From Candidatus Thorarchaeota archaeon (GTDB lineage Archaea; Asgardarchaeota; Thorarchaeia; Thorarchaeales; Thorarchaeaceae): a stretch of DNA of 64,000 nucleotides. Positions within the stretch are counted from its first letter, which is position 1. The number at the start of each line of letters is the position of its first letter. Under the pieces are notes generated by a model. That model saw only the letters and a list, made by a program, of their open reading frames with translations, was not told the origin of the DNA and made no database searches. The stretch lies in NCBI GenBank assembly GCA_019057475.1, contig DXJO01000006.1, forward strand, positions 128,001-192,000, read 5' to 3'. Shown one piece after another: positions 38,868 through 48,515 of this stretch. The translations under genes were made by a program, and so were the position numbers.

Positions 38868-39371
38868 TTGGGAGATCATTACGCCTGCACTATGCTTAAA
38901 TCACGAACTCGTCGAGGGTCGTTTGCCTTGAAGAAAAACGTACACAACAGCAATGCCTTCCTTCTCTGTTTGGTAGGTGGTATTCTGATGATGCTTGCAG
39001 GAATTAGTGGGACACTCCAGCTTATGGGGGAACTCCTTCTGAGCAACGAAGATGTCATGGACCCAACAGCTATGATGACTGTTGAAATCGTAACAGGTAT
39101 GTTGGTACTGCTGACTGCACTGGGTGGATTGGGAGTCATTGCCAGCGGCATCATTCTAACAACAAGAAGAGTACAATTGGGCCGGATACTTGTGGCTCTA
39201 TTTACAGGAATGGGGGTCCTAGGATTAGTGACTAATCTAGCCCAGCTTGTAATGGTGGGCACTTTGGCAATGGATCTAATGCATCAGGTGGGCCAATCAC
39301 TTGGTTGGATAGGAGCGATTTTCGCAATCATCGCTCGAACAGTAGCTGTGCAGAAGCCCATAGTGGAATAG
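38868..39371 (+). CDS. Hypothetical 4-TM membrane protein
   Basis: Four Gly-rich hydrophobic helices; follows the permeases; start uncertain. Confidence 0.65.
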   Translation: MGDHYACTMLKSRTRRGSFALKKNVHNSNAFLLCLVGGILMMLAGISGTLQLMGELLLSNEDVMDPTAMMTVEIVTGMLVLLTALGGLGVIASGIILTTRRVQLGRILVALFTGMGVLGLVTNLAQLVMVGTLAMDLMHQVGQSLGWIGAIFAIIARTVAVQKPIVE

Positions 39372-39394
39372 GTATCGTCACTGACAGGGAGCAA

Positions 39395-39790
39395 TCAACC
39401 GAACCCCATGGCCGAAACAGAGCTCTCGATACTCTTCGCAGCCTGCACACACTCCCGAAGGATTCCGCTCTTGTCTGTATCCATGCGCGTAAAGATGGAA
39501 ACGAACCAAACCCCTTTGCCTGTACCGCAGATAAAACTGAGTGCTCCTTCTGGGTTTATTCCAACAAAGCCATTCTCTGTTGTCAATGCCGAGAGAAATG
39601 CCATCCCGCCTACTGTGAAGCTCTGAGCTTGGTGTTGCCATGACGCTAGAATCGCTGGAACATCCTGAGCAATCTGCATATTCTCCGTAGCATATGCCAC
39701 CCTTCCTTCATAGGTGAAAACACACGACCCGAGAATCTCGCTGTAATTACTCATTGCTACGTCAATTGTTCGTTTGATGCGCATCACCAT
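39395..39790 (-). CDS. Asgard-type profilin (eukaryotic signature protein)
   Basis: Aligns by eye to Asgard profilins: GSCVFTYEGRVAYATENMQI..QSFTVGGMAF..TENGFVGINPEG..ILRECVQAAKSI; ATG 39790 (AAGGA SD) preferred, ORF-track start 39853 would add an N-terminal extension. Confidence 0.75.
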   Translation of the reverse strand: MVMRIKRTIDVAMSNYSEILGSCVFTYEGRVAYATENMQIAQDVPAILASWQHQAQSFTVGGMAFLSALTTENGFVGINPEGALSFICGTGKGVWFVSIFTRMDTDKSGILRECVQAAKSIESSVSAMGFG

Positions 39791-39858
39791 TGCTGATTCC
39801 TTTGCGGTTTGTCTGCTGATATTGAAATAGCTATGTTGCGCATCCTTGACCAAGAAAT

Positions 39859-40461
39859 CTACGAAGCTGGGTTTATGCTTGCTATGGCCTTGGCCATCAA
39901 CAGAGCACGATGGTGTAGCTCATCATGTCCAATCCATGTGGTGAAGCGTCCATTTTTGGAAGACATGCCGTGTCGCAAAGCGATGCTATAGAGATTATTT
40001 CCAGTTAAGGGGCAGGATGTGAATCGGTAGACAAACCAGTCTCCGGAGCTTGCTTCTTTGATTCTGCATCGTACGTCAATGTGACTACCGCTCTCAAGAA
40101 AGACTCTGAAGCGCTTACCGATGTTTTGCTTAATTCTCACATTCTGTCCGAAGAGACCTCGAAAAGCCGCTTCGGTGTAGGAAACGGCTGGACTCGGAAA
40201 GAAAGCCCACGACCAGAAACCATATGCAAAGACAATCAAAGAGAAAGCTAGGAAGAACGCTACCGTGTTAAGGGAAGCCACTACCTCGAAAATCTCTATC
40301 CAACCCGCTGGAAACCATTCAGGAGGCGTTGCCCCGAATCCATGAATTCCTGTACTGTAGAAGCTGTAAAACACAACTGTGAAGATAATCGTAAGCGTAG
40401 CTATGGTTGCCCTCTGCCTGCTGTTGTACAGGCCTTGTGCTTGCTTCAGAAGGCAATCCAT
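39859..40461 (-). CDS. Hypothetical protein: 2 TM plus C-terminal soluble domain
   Basis: Two hydrophobic segments; GGAG SD before ATG 40461. Confidence 0.65.
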   Translation of the reverse strand: MDCLLKQAQGLYNSRQRATIATLTIIFTVVFYSFYSTGIHGFGATPPEWFPAGWIEIFEVVASLNTVAFFLAFSLIVFAYGFWSWAFFPSPAVSYTEAAFRGLFGQNVRIKQNIGKRFRVFLESGSHIDVRCRIKEASSGDWFVYRFTSCPLTGNNLYSIALRHGMSSKNGRFTTWIGHDELHHRALLMAKAIASINPAS

Positions 40462-40463
40462 TC

Positions 40464-40814
40464 CTACTCCTCCAACGCTTTGGCATAGATCTTCGAAGTA
40501 TCTTCCCCGTATTTCCTGCACAACTCAACAAGCACTAGCAACAGAGGGTGCTCACTATTGATTCTGATTGCGTGAAGTCTTGGAGTGAGCTCGTCTATCA
40601 AGATCATGTTATCTTCCTTCATGTGAGTTAAGACTCCTCGGTAAAGGCTTCTTGACTTTCCGCTGTAGCCAATAAGGCGGCTTAGTTGAACACCACTCAC
40701 ACTTCGGGGGTACACGTGGCTTAGCGCAAGGAGAATCGCTCTCCGAGTTTCATTAAGAGAAGACATGAGCTGAACCAGTTCGTACACCGTGTGCAGAGTA
40801 TCGTCATCAGCCAT
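40464..40814 (-). CDS. Winged-helix protein
   Basis: ETRRAILLAL..SVSGVQLSRLIG..LYRGVLTHMKEDNMI. Confidence 0.65.
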   Translation of the reverse strand: MADDDTLHTVYELVQLMSSLNETRRAILLALSHVYPRSVSGVQLSRLIGYSGKSRSLYRGVLTHMKEDNMILIDELTPRLHAIRINSEHPLLLVLVELCRKYGEDTSKIYAKALEE

Positions 40815-41072
40815 CCTTCTCGCCGGTCTATTTAGTTACTTGTGCTTATTTGAACACAAAGCCATGTAAATACTCAGAACGAAGCAATGGTTACTTGCCT
40901 TTGGGGATGCAAATGTTCGTTCGGAGTCGAACAATTGGTCGGCATTTTCTATTTTTCGGACAGAAAAGCAGCCATTTCTCAACATCGACACCTTTCGACT
41001 TTTCGTTCCCAATATGAGCAGCAAAGTGTTAATAGCGTTCATTCGGGCAATTCAATTGAGTTCAGTAGTTTA

Positions 41073-41678
41073 GTGGAGGTTTTCATTATTAGCACGTTTG
41101 GAAGTAAATATTTCGGGTGGCTTGCGTCTCTAGTCATTGTTCTTGCCGCTGGCTGGTTTCTGCTGCCTACGGGATATGTCACCTTAATTCAATGGCTCTC
41201 GCCTATCCTAGGCAACTATGTACGGCCGACCTTTGTGATGGTCAACATCCTGGTTGTGAACCCCCTGGGGAACCTTGTCATGGCTGCAATCTGGGTTATC
41301 GCAGGGTTGGTGGGAGGATTAATGTCAGGAACTAAGAAAGGAGGCATCTTGATCGCGTTCATGACTTGGTTCAGCTGCATTGGTATAGGCGTTTTCTGTC
41401 TAATTCAATTCTTGTTGCCAGTCATGGAGGGAACAATCACCATGTCCATGCCGCCGATTCCGCCGGGAACATCCCTTGCTGATGTTCTGTCAATTCCATT
41501 AGTCCAGTCGTTCATCAGCGATTTGCCTGGGCTAATCGCCAGTATGACCGGTGGTGGCAGTGGGCCCGATTTTGTCGGTCTCGTTATGTCAGTCGCGGTC
41601 TACGTTCTCTCACCATTGATAATCGCCATAATCGGGGGCATTGTTGGCGCAATCCTTAGACCAAAGGAGGAATTTTAG
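41073..41678 (+). CDS. Hypothetical polytopic membrane protein
   Basis: Several TMs with GxxxG motifs; in-frame GTG at 41073, or near-cognate ATT at 41088 behind GGAGGT. Confidence 0.65.
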   Translation: MEVFIISTFGSKYFGWLASLVIVLAAGWFLLPTGYVTLIQWLSPILGNYVRPTFVMVNILVVNPLGNLVMAAIWVIAGLVGGLMSGTKKGGILIAFMTWFSCIGIGVFCLIQFLLPVMEGTITMSMPPIPPGTSLADVLSIPLVQSFISDLPGLIASMTGGGSGPDFVGLVMSVAVYVLSPLIIAIIGGIVGAILRPKEEF

Positions 41679-43301
41679 ATGCACGTCGATAAGAAATACG
41701 CAATAGCATTCCTGTTGTTTGCATTCTTGATACTGCCCATGGCCGCCTCAGCATATCCGGTCGTGTCTCAAGATGGTCCCGAGGGAATCATTGAGCTCCT
41801 CCTGACCGAAGGCGCGGAGATTCTCGTCACGAGCATAGATGAGAACGGAGCTCCTGCTGTAATCTACGCGCAGCTAGGGTCTCCGGTAGAGGCGCTTGAC
41901 CTCGAAGCGGAAATGTACGACAATTGTCTCGCGCTTGCTGTTATAGCGACACGTGGTGAACTCTTGGACTACATTTTCAGCCTGATCGGGGAAGACTTCA
42001 TGGGTGGTGGAGAGCCGGGTTTCACGCTTTCTCAACTTGATGCAGGTTTCACTCCAGAAGCCATCTTGGATCTCCTTGGTTCTGATTTCAGCCTGCTGAT
42101 ATCTGCTTACTACAACCTCGATGAGGCTGTGGCAATAAGCAAGATGGGCCAAGTCCTTGCTAACCTTGCGAATCCTGCCGTGTTTGGTTTCAGCTTTGCA
42201 GATATCATTCACCTTCGTATTGATGAGGCCTTCTTCGGAGAAGGGTTTGACGTAACACTCCCCTTCGAGGCACTTGATGTTTTCATGTATCAGGTCACAA
42301 ACCCATTTGCTGATGCGCTCAATGCTGTGCTTGGCGGGCTTGACAATTCAGGCATTCTAACTAACATTGACTCGGAAATTTTCCTTGCAGAGCGTGGCGC
42401 GGCTGCGGGCCTTCTGGCCATCCCTGATATGGGTGACTTGGTCGAGCTCTTTAACAGTACCATGGGTGGCGGCGGCTTTTCATTAGCTGCTGAGTCATTC
42501 TTCCCATCTCAGTTAGAGATGATTGATGGCTCAATCGCTGTTGCCTTTGTCGGATATATCGGCGAGCAAATCGTGTCATATGGCGATACTAACCTGAGCA
42601 TAGGAAGTCTGGTCGGCGCTACTGGTTCATTCCGTCCAATGGATGACGGTATCTCTATTGTTATGGCTATGCTGCCTGGAAGCTCTAACATCACGAGCTA
42701 CAGTCCTGATGATGAAGGCTTAGTAACGCATGATAACGAATCCAATATGATCCTTTGGAATGCTAGCGGGCTGGGTGTAGTATCAGACTACATCATTGAG
42801 TTTGAATCCGACAACTTCCCGCCAGATATCGTGATTGCGAGAACCTTTAGTCCTGGGAGCACAGTGCCCGGTGGTTCTGTGGACGTCACCGTTACTGTGA
42901 CGAACGACGGGACTGTTCCAATAGAAAACATCGTAATTGTTGACAATGGTGTTGGAGCGATATACAGCACAGTTACTGTTACAGGAACTACGACCGATAC
43001 CATAGCTTCTCTTGCCGGAGGAGCTTCTGCGTCAATCACTTATACTGTGACTTTCACGAACGAAGGCAAGTACACATTCCCCAACGCTGAGCTTACCTAT
43101 GAGTTCAATGCTCGGGAGTACGCCAAGGACACAGCAACTGATGGCTATAATGTCGATGCAGACCCTGTTCAATTGTTATCTCAGATGATATTGGATGGGA
43201 TGCCATATTCAGCTGCAATCCTAGGCATCGTCGCTTTGGGTGCTATTTTCAACATCAACAAGATGCGGAAAGGTGGCAGCTCCGGCGGGTACCAAGTCTA
43301 G
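41679..43301 (+). CDS. Secreted acidic surface protein with CARDB/DUF11-like Ig domain and C-terminal TM anchor
   Basis: Signal peptide; VDVTVTVTNDG..IENIVIVD..LAGGASASITYTV; C-terminal TM; AGGAGG SD. Confidence 0.75.
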   Translation: MHVDKKYAIAFLLFAFLILPMAASAYPVVSQDGPEGIIELLLTEGAEILVTSIDENGAPAVIYAQLGSPVEALDLEAEMYDNCLALAVIATRGELLDYIFSLIGEDFMGGGEPGFTLSQLDAGFTPEAILDLLGSDFSLLISAYYNLDEAVAISKMGQVLANLANPAVFGFSFADIIHLRIDEAFFGEGFDVTLPFEALDVFMYQVTNPFADALNAVLGGLDNSGILTNIDSEIFLAERGAAAGLLAIPDMGDLVELFNSTMGGGGFSLAAESFFPSQLEMIDGSIAVAFVGYIGEQIVSYGDTNLSIGSLVGATGSFRPMDDGISIVMAMLPGSSNITSYSPDDEGLVTHDNESNMILWNASGLGVVSDYIIEFESDNFPPDIVIARTFSPGSTVPGGSVDVTVTVTNDGTVPIENIVIVDNGVGAIYSTVTVTGTTTDTIASLAGGASASITYTVTFTNEGKYTFPNAELTYEFNAREYAKDTATDGYNVDADPVQLLSQMILDGMPYSAAILGIVALGAIFNINKMRKGGSSGGYQV

Positions 43302-43309
43302 AATAGATT

Positions 43310-43360
43310 GACGACTCTCGACGCGATTTTAGTCGGGAGTCGTTACCCCCTTTATTTTTT
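43310..43360 (+). terminator. Hairpin + U-tract terminator
   Basis: GACGACTCTCGAC / GTCGGGAGTCGTT 13-bp stem with G-U pairs, then CCCCCTTTATTTTTT. Confidence 0.7.
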
Positions 43361-43444
43361 CTCAACAACAAGCTTTGTTTCTTGGACTTCATTCTTCAGC
43401 AGCTTTATCTTTGAACAACTGTCACAAACCTAGTGTGATGTCGG

Positions 43445-44386
43445 ATGCCGCTTAAAGATTCACTCAATGGATACCTACGTTTGCCCCGTGATTTCTTTGG
43501 AATTTCACAGCCAGCAACCGGTGACCCCGACGTTGGTGTGCTTGGAATACCCTACGATCTGACATCAAGCTATATGCCGGGGGCTCGCTTTGGCCCCGAT
43601 GCCATTCGAAAGGCTACAGATAGTGAACGGTCGCATAGCTATCCACTGAGTATTGGTCAACCATCTGCCAATAATGACATAGCGCTTTCAGAGCGGATTA
43701 CTTTGGAGGACATTGGAGACCTCGAGGTTTCGCTTAGGCTTCCTGAACAAGCAATGCTCGACATCACTGAAGCTGCAGCTAAGCTAGCTGAGCAAGATAG
43801 TCACCTGCTATTCATAGGCGGTGACCACTTCATCACCTACCCTATATTGAGGGGTCTCAGTCGCAGCAAACCTGGGACCTATGGACTAGTCTATCTCGAC
43901 GCCCATGCTGATTTCTATCCTGCCTACTCTGGTCATCAGTACTCACATGCGACTACACTTAGAAGAATCCTCACAGATGGCTTGATTGACAGGGTTAACT
44001 TGTTAACCCATGATCTTAGGGCCGCTCTCCCTGAGCAGAAGGCAGAACTAGCTAAATTTGGAGCAGTCATACCTAAATCTCCAAAGTCCTTCTCCAAGGC
44101 AATCAACAAAATCGCAACGCAAGTAGACACCATCTATATCTCAGTTGATCTAGATGTTCTGGACCCCAGTGTTGCACCTGGAGTTAGTCATCCGGAATCA
44201 GGAGGCCTCAACATGGTTGAGCTCGCTGAACTGTTGAGAGCTTGCTTTGCTACTTGCAAGGTAAAGTACGCAGACATTGCAGAGCTAAACCCATTGATTG
44301 ATACTACGGGTCGAACATCCGTTGCAGCCCGAGACGTGGTCAAAGAGACACTCACGGGCTTTGCTAGTCAGAAGGATTATAAGTAG
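43445..44386 (+). CDS. speB: Agmatinase / arginase (ureohydrolase) family
   Basis: PGARFGP, GGDH, DAHAD, SHAT, DLDVLDP, ELNP motifs; substrate not certain. Confidence 0.85.
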   Translation: MPLKDSLNGYLRLPRDFFGISQPATGDPDVGVLGIPYDLTSSYMPGARFGPDAIRKATDSERSHSYPLSIGQPSANNDIALSERITLEDIGDLEVSLRLPEQAMLDITEAAAKLAEQDSHLLFIGGDHFITYPILRGLSRSKPGTYGLVYLDAHADFYPAYSGHQYSHATTLRRILTDGLIDRVNLLTHDLRAALPEQKAELAKFGAVIPKSPKSFSKAINKIATQVDTIYISVDLDVLDPSVAPGVSHPESGGLNMVELAELLRACFATCKVKYADIAELNPLIDTTGRTSVAARDVVKETLTGFASQKDYK

Positions 44387-44437
44387 TAATTGCACATAAC
44401 GCAATTGGCTGAGATGAGCCATTAGAGTGGGCATACC

Positions 44438-45148
44438 ATGGAGAATCCCGTTTCACGTGTCAGTGAGGTCCTTAGAGACCTAGGTTTCGGTGCACATGAA
44501 GCGGAGGTTATTGTTGCGCTGAACAGATTGGAATCTGCAACCGTGTCGGAACTGTCTTCAGTCACAGGGATCCATCACGCCAATCTCTACACCATACTTG
44601 ATGGGCTTGTCGGCAAGGGAATAGTTGTGAGCAGTGGGGGCCGACCAAGAGTCTATGGGTTTGCTCCGCTTTCTCACCTGAAGGACCTTCTCTCAACAAG
44701 AGTCAATCAATTGATTGCGGATCTTAAACATTTGCAGAGAAATCGGGAACCCAGTCAGGTCGTGCCGGCTCTTGTCTATACGATACGTGGCATGAGCGAA
44801 GTCCATGCCAAGATGTTAAGGATGCTGGGAAACTCAAAAAATCGGATAATGATTGCTGCTCCGAGCCTAGCGGAGCTTGGAGATTCTGTTGTCGAGGCGC
44901 TTCAGTTGGCATCTGAACGAAGAGTTATCATCAGAGCTATCCTCGGTACCAAATTCACTACTCATGAGTTCGATATCCAGCAACATATTAAGGACGACAC
45001 GATGGCAATCAACTTGGTTGTCGATGGCGAGGAAGCCCTGATTTCGATGCCAGATCTGTCTGTTTGTGGATGGGTCGATAACTCGCTCATCTCATTGCAA
45101 CTCGAGAGCTTTCTCGAGCAGACTTGGAAAACTATCAAAGAGGTTTGA
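44438..45148 (+). CDS. TrmB-family transcriptional regulator
   Basis: LRDLGFGAHEAEV..YTILDGLVGKGIV..GRPRVY; C-terminal TrmB effector domain. Confidence 0.85.
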   Translation: MENPVSRVSEVLRDLGFGAHEAEVIVALNRLESATVSELSSVTGIHHANLYTILDGLVGKGIVVSSGGRPRVYGFAPLSHLKDLLSTRVNQLIADLKHLQRNREPSQVVPALVYTIRGMSEVHAKMLRMLGNSKNRIMIAAPSLAELGDSVVEALQLASERRVIIRAILGTKFTTHEFDIQQHIKDDTMAINLVVDGEEALISMPDLSVCGWVDNSLISLQLESFLEQTWKTIKEV

Positions 45149-45151
45149 TCT

Positions 45152-46525
45152 ATGATGGATTATGATGTGATCATCGCTGGCGCAGGTACCGGCGGAGCAA
45201 CAATGGCATACACACTGGGAAAGAAAGGCCACTCTATTCTTCTCATTGATAGAAAGCAGAAGGACATGATTGGTTACAAGACATGCGGAGACGCTCTCGG
45301 CTCTCACCATCTCAAGGAGTTGGATAACCTTGTGGACCTCCCAAAGATGCCAAAAGGAATCGTCGAGTACGATGTGGCTGGAATAGACATTATAGCTCCA
45401 GATAGAAAACACAAACTCAGAATGGCTGGACCAACAACCAGTGGTTTCTCATTTAACCGATTGAAGTTGGGACAGTGGATGCTCTCAATTGCAGAAGACG
45501 CTGGCGCAACCGTCATGGCTTCCACACGAGTAAAGCGATTGATGTTTGATGGGGGTAAGGTCGCGGGTGTTAGGATCACGGAAGAGGGTTCTGACTCTGA
45601 TAAGGAATTGACCGCTAGGATTGTTGTGGATGCTACCGGCGCTGTTGGAATGCTTCGTCGTCAACTTCCTGAGTCTTCGCCTGTAGAAAGGATAATAGCA
45701 AAGGAGGACTTCATGGTTGCCGTTCGCGATATCTATGAAACCCCCGATTACACCTTTGAAACCCCGGACATCCTAGAGATATTTTGGGACCAAGAACAGA
45801 CGCTGGGGGGGTACATCTGGGTTTTCCCGCAAGGCCCCAATAGGGTCAATGTTGGCTGCGGACTAATGACGATTCCAGGTCACAAAAAGCCTCAGGATAT
45901 ATTCAACAACTTTGTCCGGAAGAATTGGGATTTTATGAAGACCAAGCTAGTTGCAATTCATTCAGGCGGTGGAATCGCTCCTGTGCGTCGTCCAATAGAC
46001 ACACTTGTTGATGACAACTTCATGCTCGTCGGTGATTCAGGAGCGCAGGTCAACCCAATTCACGGAGGAGGAATAGGATCGTCAATGCTTGGCGGTGCAC
46101 AAGCCGGGATTACTGCTTCCGAGGCGCTTGAACAGAACGACACCTCAATCAACGCCCTATGGCCGTACAACCCGAGGTACATGGAGAGCTATGGAATCAA
46201 GCAAGCGTCTCTTGACGTCTTCAGGTGGTTCCTTCTGAACATTACAAACGAGGACATCAATTTCGCCTTCAAGAAACAGATAGTGAAGGCGAGCGACTTA
46301 CTCAACACAAGCATGACCGGAAAGATGTCAATGGGGTCCGGAGAGAAGTTCAAACGGCTGGTGTCAGGTGTCGGAAAGGTTCCTTTGCTCATGAGAATCA
46401 ACAAGATTGGGAAGATTATGGAGGAGGTCAAAGTTGTCTATGCAGCATATCCTGACTCTCCTAAGGGTCTCCAAGACTGGAAAGCACGGCTTGTTCCAAT
46501 CTACGATGCTGCCAAGAAGGCATAG
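45152..46525 (+). CDS. Digeranylgeranylglycerophospholipid (geranylgeranyl) reductase
   Basis: GAGTGG, IGYKTCGD, GGYIWVFP, GDSGAQVNPIHGGG and KQASLDVFR, resembling Sulfolobus-type GGR over its full length. Confidence 0.88.
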   Translation: MMDYDVIIAGAGTGGATMAYTLGKKGHSILLIDRKQKDMIGYKTCGDALGSHHLKELDNLVDLPKMPKGIVEYDVAGIDIIAPDRKHKLRMAGPTTSGFSFNRLKLGQWMLSIAEDAGATVMASTRVKRLMFDGGKVAGVRITEEGSDSDKELTARIVVDATGAVGMLRRQLPESSPVERIIAKEDFMVAVRDIYETPDYTFETPDILEIFWDQEQTLGGYIWVFPQGPNRVNVGCGLMTIPGHKKPQDIFNNFVRKNWDFMKTKLVAIHSGGGIAPVRRPIDTLVDDNFMLVGDSGAQVNPIHGGGIGSSMLGGAQAGITASEALEQNDTSINALWPYNPRYMESYGIKQASLDVFRWFLLNITNEDINFAFKKQIVKASDLLNTSMTGKMSMGSGEKFKRLVSGVGKVPLLMRINKIGKIMEEVKVVYAAYPDSPKGLQDWKARLVPIYDAAKKA

Positions 46526-46528
46526 AGC

Positions 46529-47497
46529 ATGCGAAGGGTGGGCTCAGCTGCGGGGATTGATCTCTTCGCTCCAGCTGACGCCTACTTCTCATATTTCAAT
46601 AGCCCATACGTGGGTCATAAACAAGGTGCATCGATCGACATCTACCCGAGCCACGAAGAATGGGGCGGTCCCGCTTACTCTCCAATCGCAGGTCAAGTCA
46701 TTCGCGTCAAGAAAATGAGAATGGGCAATGAGAGGGTTTTTCCTTCCGATGAAACGGACTTTGGCATAGCCATTGCTCCAGAAGGGTCCACTAATATTGT
46801 ACGCATCTTGCATTGCGTCCCAGAAGTCGATGAGGGAACGACAGTTGAAGCTGGACAACGATTGGGATTTCTTATTCGATCACGCTACTTCAACTACTGG
46901 ACCGGACCTCACTATCACATAGAGATAATGAATGCTAGCGATTTCAGCAGGGCTACTAGGTCATATCCTCTTAGCGTCGAACTTGCCTCCGTGCAACAGA
47001 TACAACAGAAGAGCGCTTCTGAACTCGAATGCTTGATCACAAGAGTTACTGATGACGTCATAATAGCAATCACAGATGACTCACCCATAGCTATTTCCGG
47101 AGACCTCGTTGGGCATGCAGCTTACTATGGGAGCGACAGAAGACAAGGTATTCTGGATGCCGGAGTCCCCCATTACAGCCACGGCGGCATTCTAGGTCTT
47201 GCCAAACCCGTTGAGGAAAGCACGGTCACCGCGTGGAACACTGACATCGGATACGCAGTATCGAACATGGATAGCCGACTTCCCTTCAAGAGAGGAGAGC
47301 CGTTCCAGCCGATTTTCGAAGGCGAAATCATCAGAGGAGTTTCATGTTTTGCATTCACGAAAAAACAAATAGTGAAGGGGGTTCCGCCCGTCATAGTGAT
47401 TCCTCAACAGTATGGTGGGTTCTCTGGAAAGTTCGCGGAGGGAGATGTGGGTGTCCTTTCCTTCAAACGCTCAAACGACATCGTTAAAGAGCAATAG
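46529..47497 (+). CDS. Peptidase M23 / duplicated-hybrid-motif-like protein
   Basis: HxxxxSID, YSPIAGQV, LHC..VDEGTTVEAGQRLG, TGPHYHIEI; no signal peptide. Confidence 0.6.
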   Translation: MRRVGSAAGIDLFAPADAYFSYFNSPYVGHKQGASIDIYPSHEEWGGPAYSPIAGQVIRVKKMRMGNERVFPSDETDFGIAIAPEGSTNIVRILHCVPEVDEGTTVEAGQRLGFLIRSRYFNYWTGPHYHIEIMNASDFSRATRSYPLSVELASVQQIQQKSASELECLITRVTDDVIIAITDDSPIAISGDLVGHAAYYGSDRRQGILDAGVPHYSHGGILGLAKPVEESTVTAWNTDIGYAVSNMDSRLPFKRGEPFQPIFEGEIIRGVSCFAFTKKQIVKGVPPVIVIPQQYGGFSGKFAEGDVGVLSFKRSNDIVKEQ

Positions 47498-47519
47498 ATA
47501 GCCTTGACATACGATTGCT

Positions 47520-48515
47520 TTGGTCGACCTGGTACGCCTTTCATTGGGCACTGCAATAGAAGTGGAGCTTGAGGAAGGAACAAACGATCCGAATTTTTCG
47601 ACTGCTTTCATTATGACTTACAGCGAAAACAAATGTTCCGCAAATTGTGCATTCTGTCCTCAAGCACAGGACAGTAATTCATCGCCTCACATGCTATCGA
47701 GGATTGGGTGGCCCGTGTACAAGCTTGATGATTTCATTCATCACTTGCGGCCGGGATTAAACTTCAGAAGAGCATGTATACAATGCTTGAACTATCCAAC
47801 AGTTGTGGATGATGTCGAAAAGATACTCGCTGCTGTCAAGACCAAAGTTAAACTGCCTGTATCCATTTGCATTCATCCAGTAAGTCTGGAAGAGATGAAA
47901 CGTCTGAAAAAGGCTGGAGCGCAGAAGATTGGGATTGCTGTGGATGCATGCACTCCCGAGTTATTCGAAAAAATCAAAGGTGCAGGTCGTAGAGGACCAT
48001 ACCAATGGGGCCGCCATCTTGAAGCCATGCAGCAGGCGTTGGAAGTGTTCGCCCCCGGAAACGTCACTACTCATCTTATCGTTGGGCTAGGTGAAACAGA
48101 AGAAGAGGCGGCTGATTTCATCATCAAGATGTATGCAATGGGGATAACAGTAGGACTATTTGCGTTTACACCAATTCGAGGCACGGCACTAGAAGAAATG
48201 AGTCAGCCTGCTCTAGAGTCCTACAGACGTTTGCAGGTCCTGAGGTATCTTGTCGCCAACAAATTGATTGACAGTGAAGGGGTTTCCGCAGATGAGCGGG
48301 GCAAACTTGAATTGAAAAGCGATGCCGCATGGCTCAGGGAAACCTTATCATCAGGCGAGGCGTTTAGAGTGACGGGTTGCAGTGGTTGCAATCGACCCTA
48401 CTATAACGAAAGGCCTCGCGGGCCTATGTACAATTACCCTCGACCCCTATCAGAGGATGAAGTACACAAAGCTCTCGCAGAGGCAGGATTCGTGAGCCGC
48501 GATGGAAGAGTTTAG
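47520..48515 (+). CDS. lipS2: Archaeal lipoyl synthase subunit LipS2 (radical SAM)
   Basis: CSANCAFCPQ plus C-terminal TGCSGCNRP (LipS2 TxGCPxC(N/D)RP-like); overlaps lplA. Confidence 0.8.
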   Translation: MVDLVRLSLGTAIEVELEEGTNDPNFSTAFIMTYSENKCSANCAFCPQAQDSNSSPHMLSRIGWPVYKLDDFIHHLRPGLNFRRACIQCLNYPTVVDDVEKILAAVKTKVKLPVSICIHPVSLEEMKRLKKAGAQKIGIAVDACTPELFEKIKGAGRRGPYQWGRHLEAMQQALEVFAPGNVTTHLIVGLGETEEEAADFIIKMYAMGITVGLFAFTPIRGTALEEMSQPALESYRRLQVLRYLVANKLIDSEGVSADERGKLELKSDAAWLRETLSSGEAFRVTGCSGCNRPYYNERPRGPMYNYPRPLSEDEVHKALAEAGFVSRDGRV

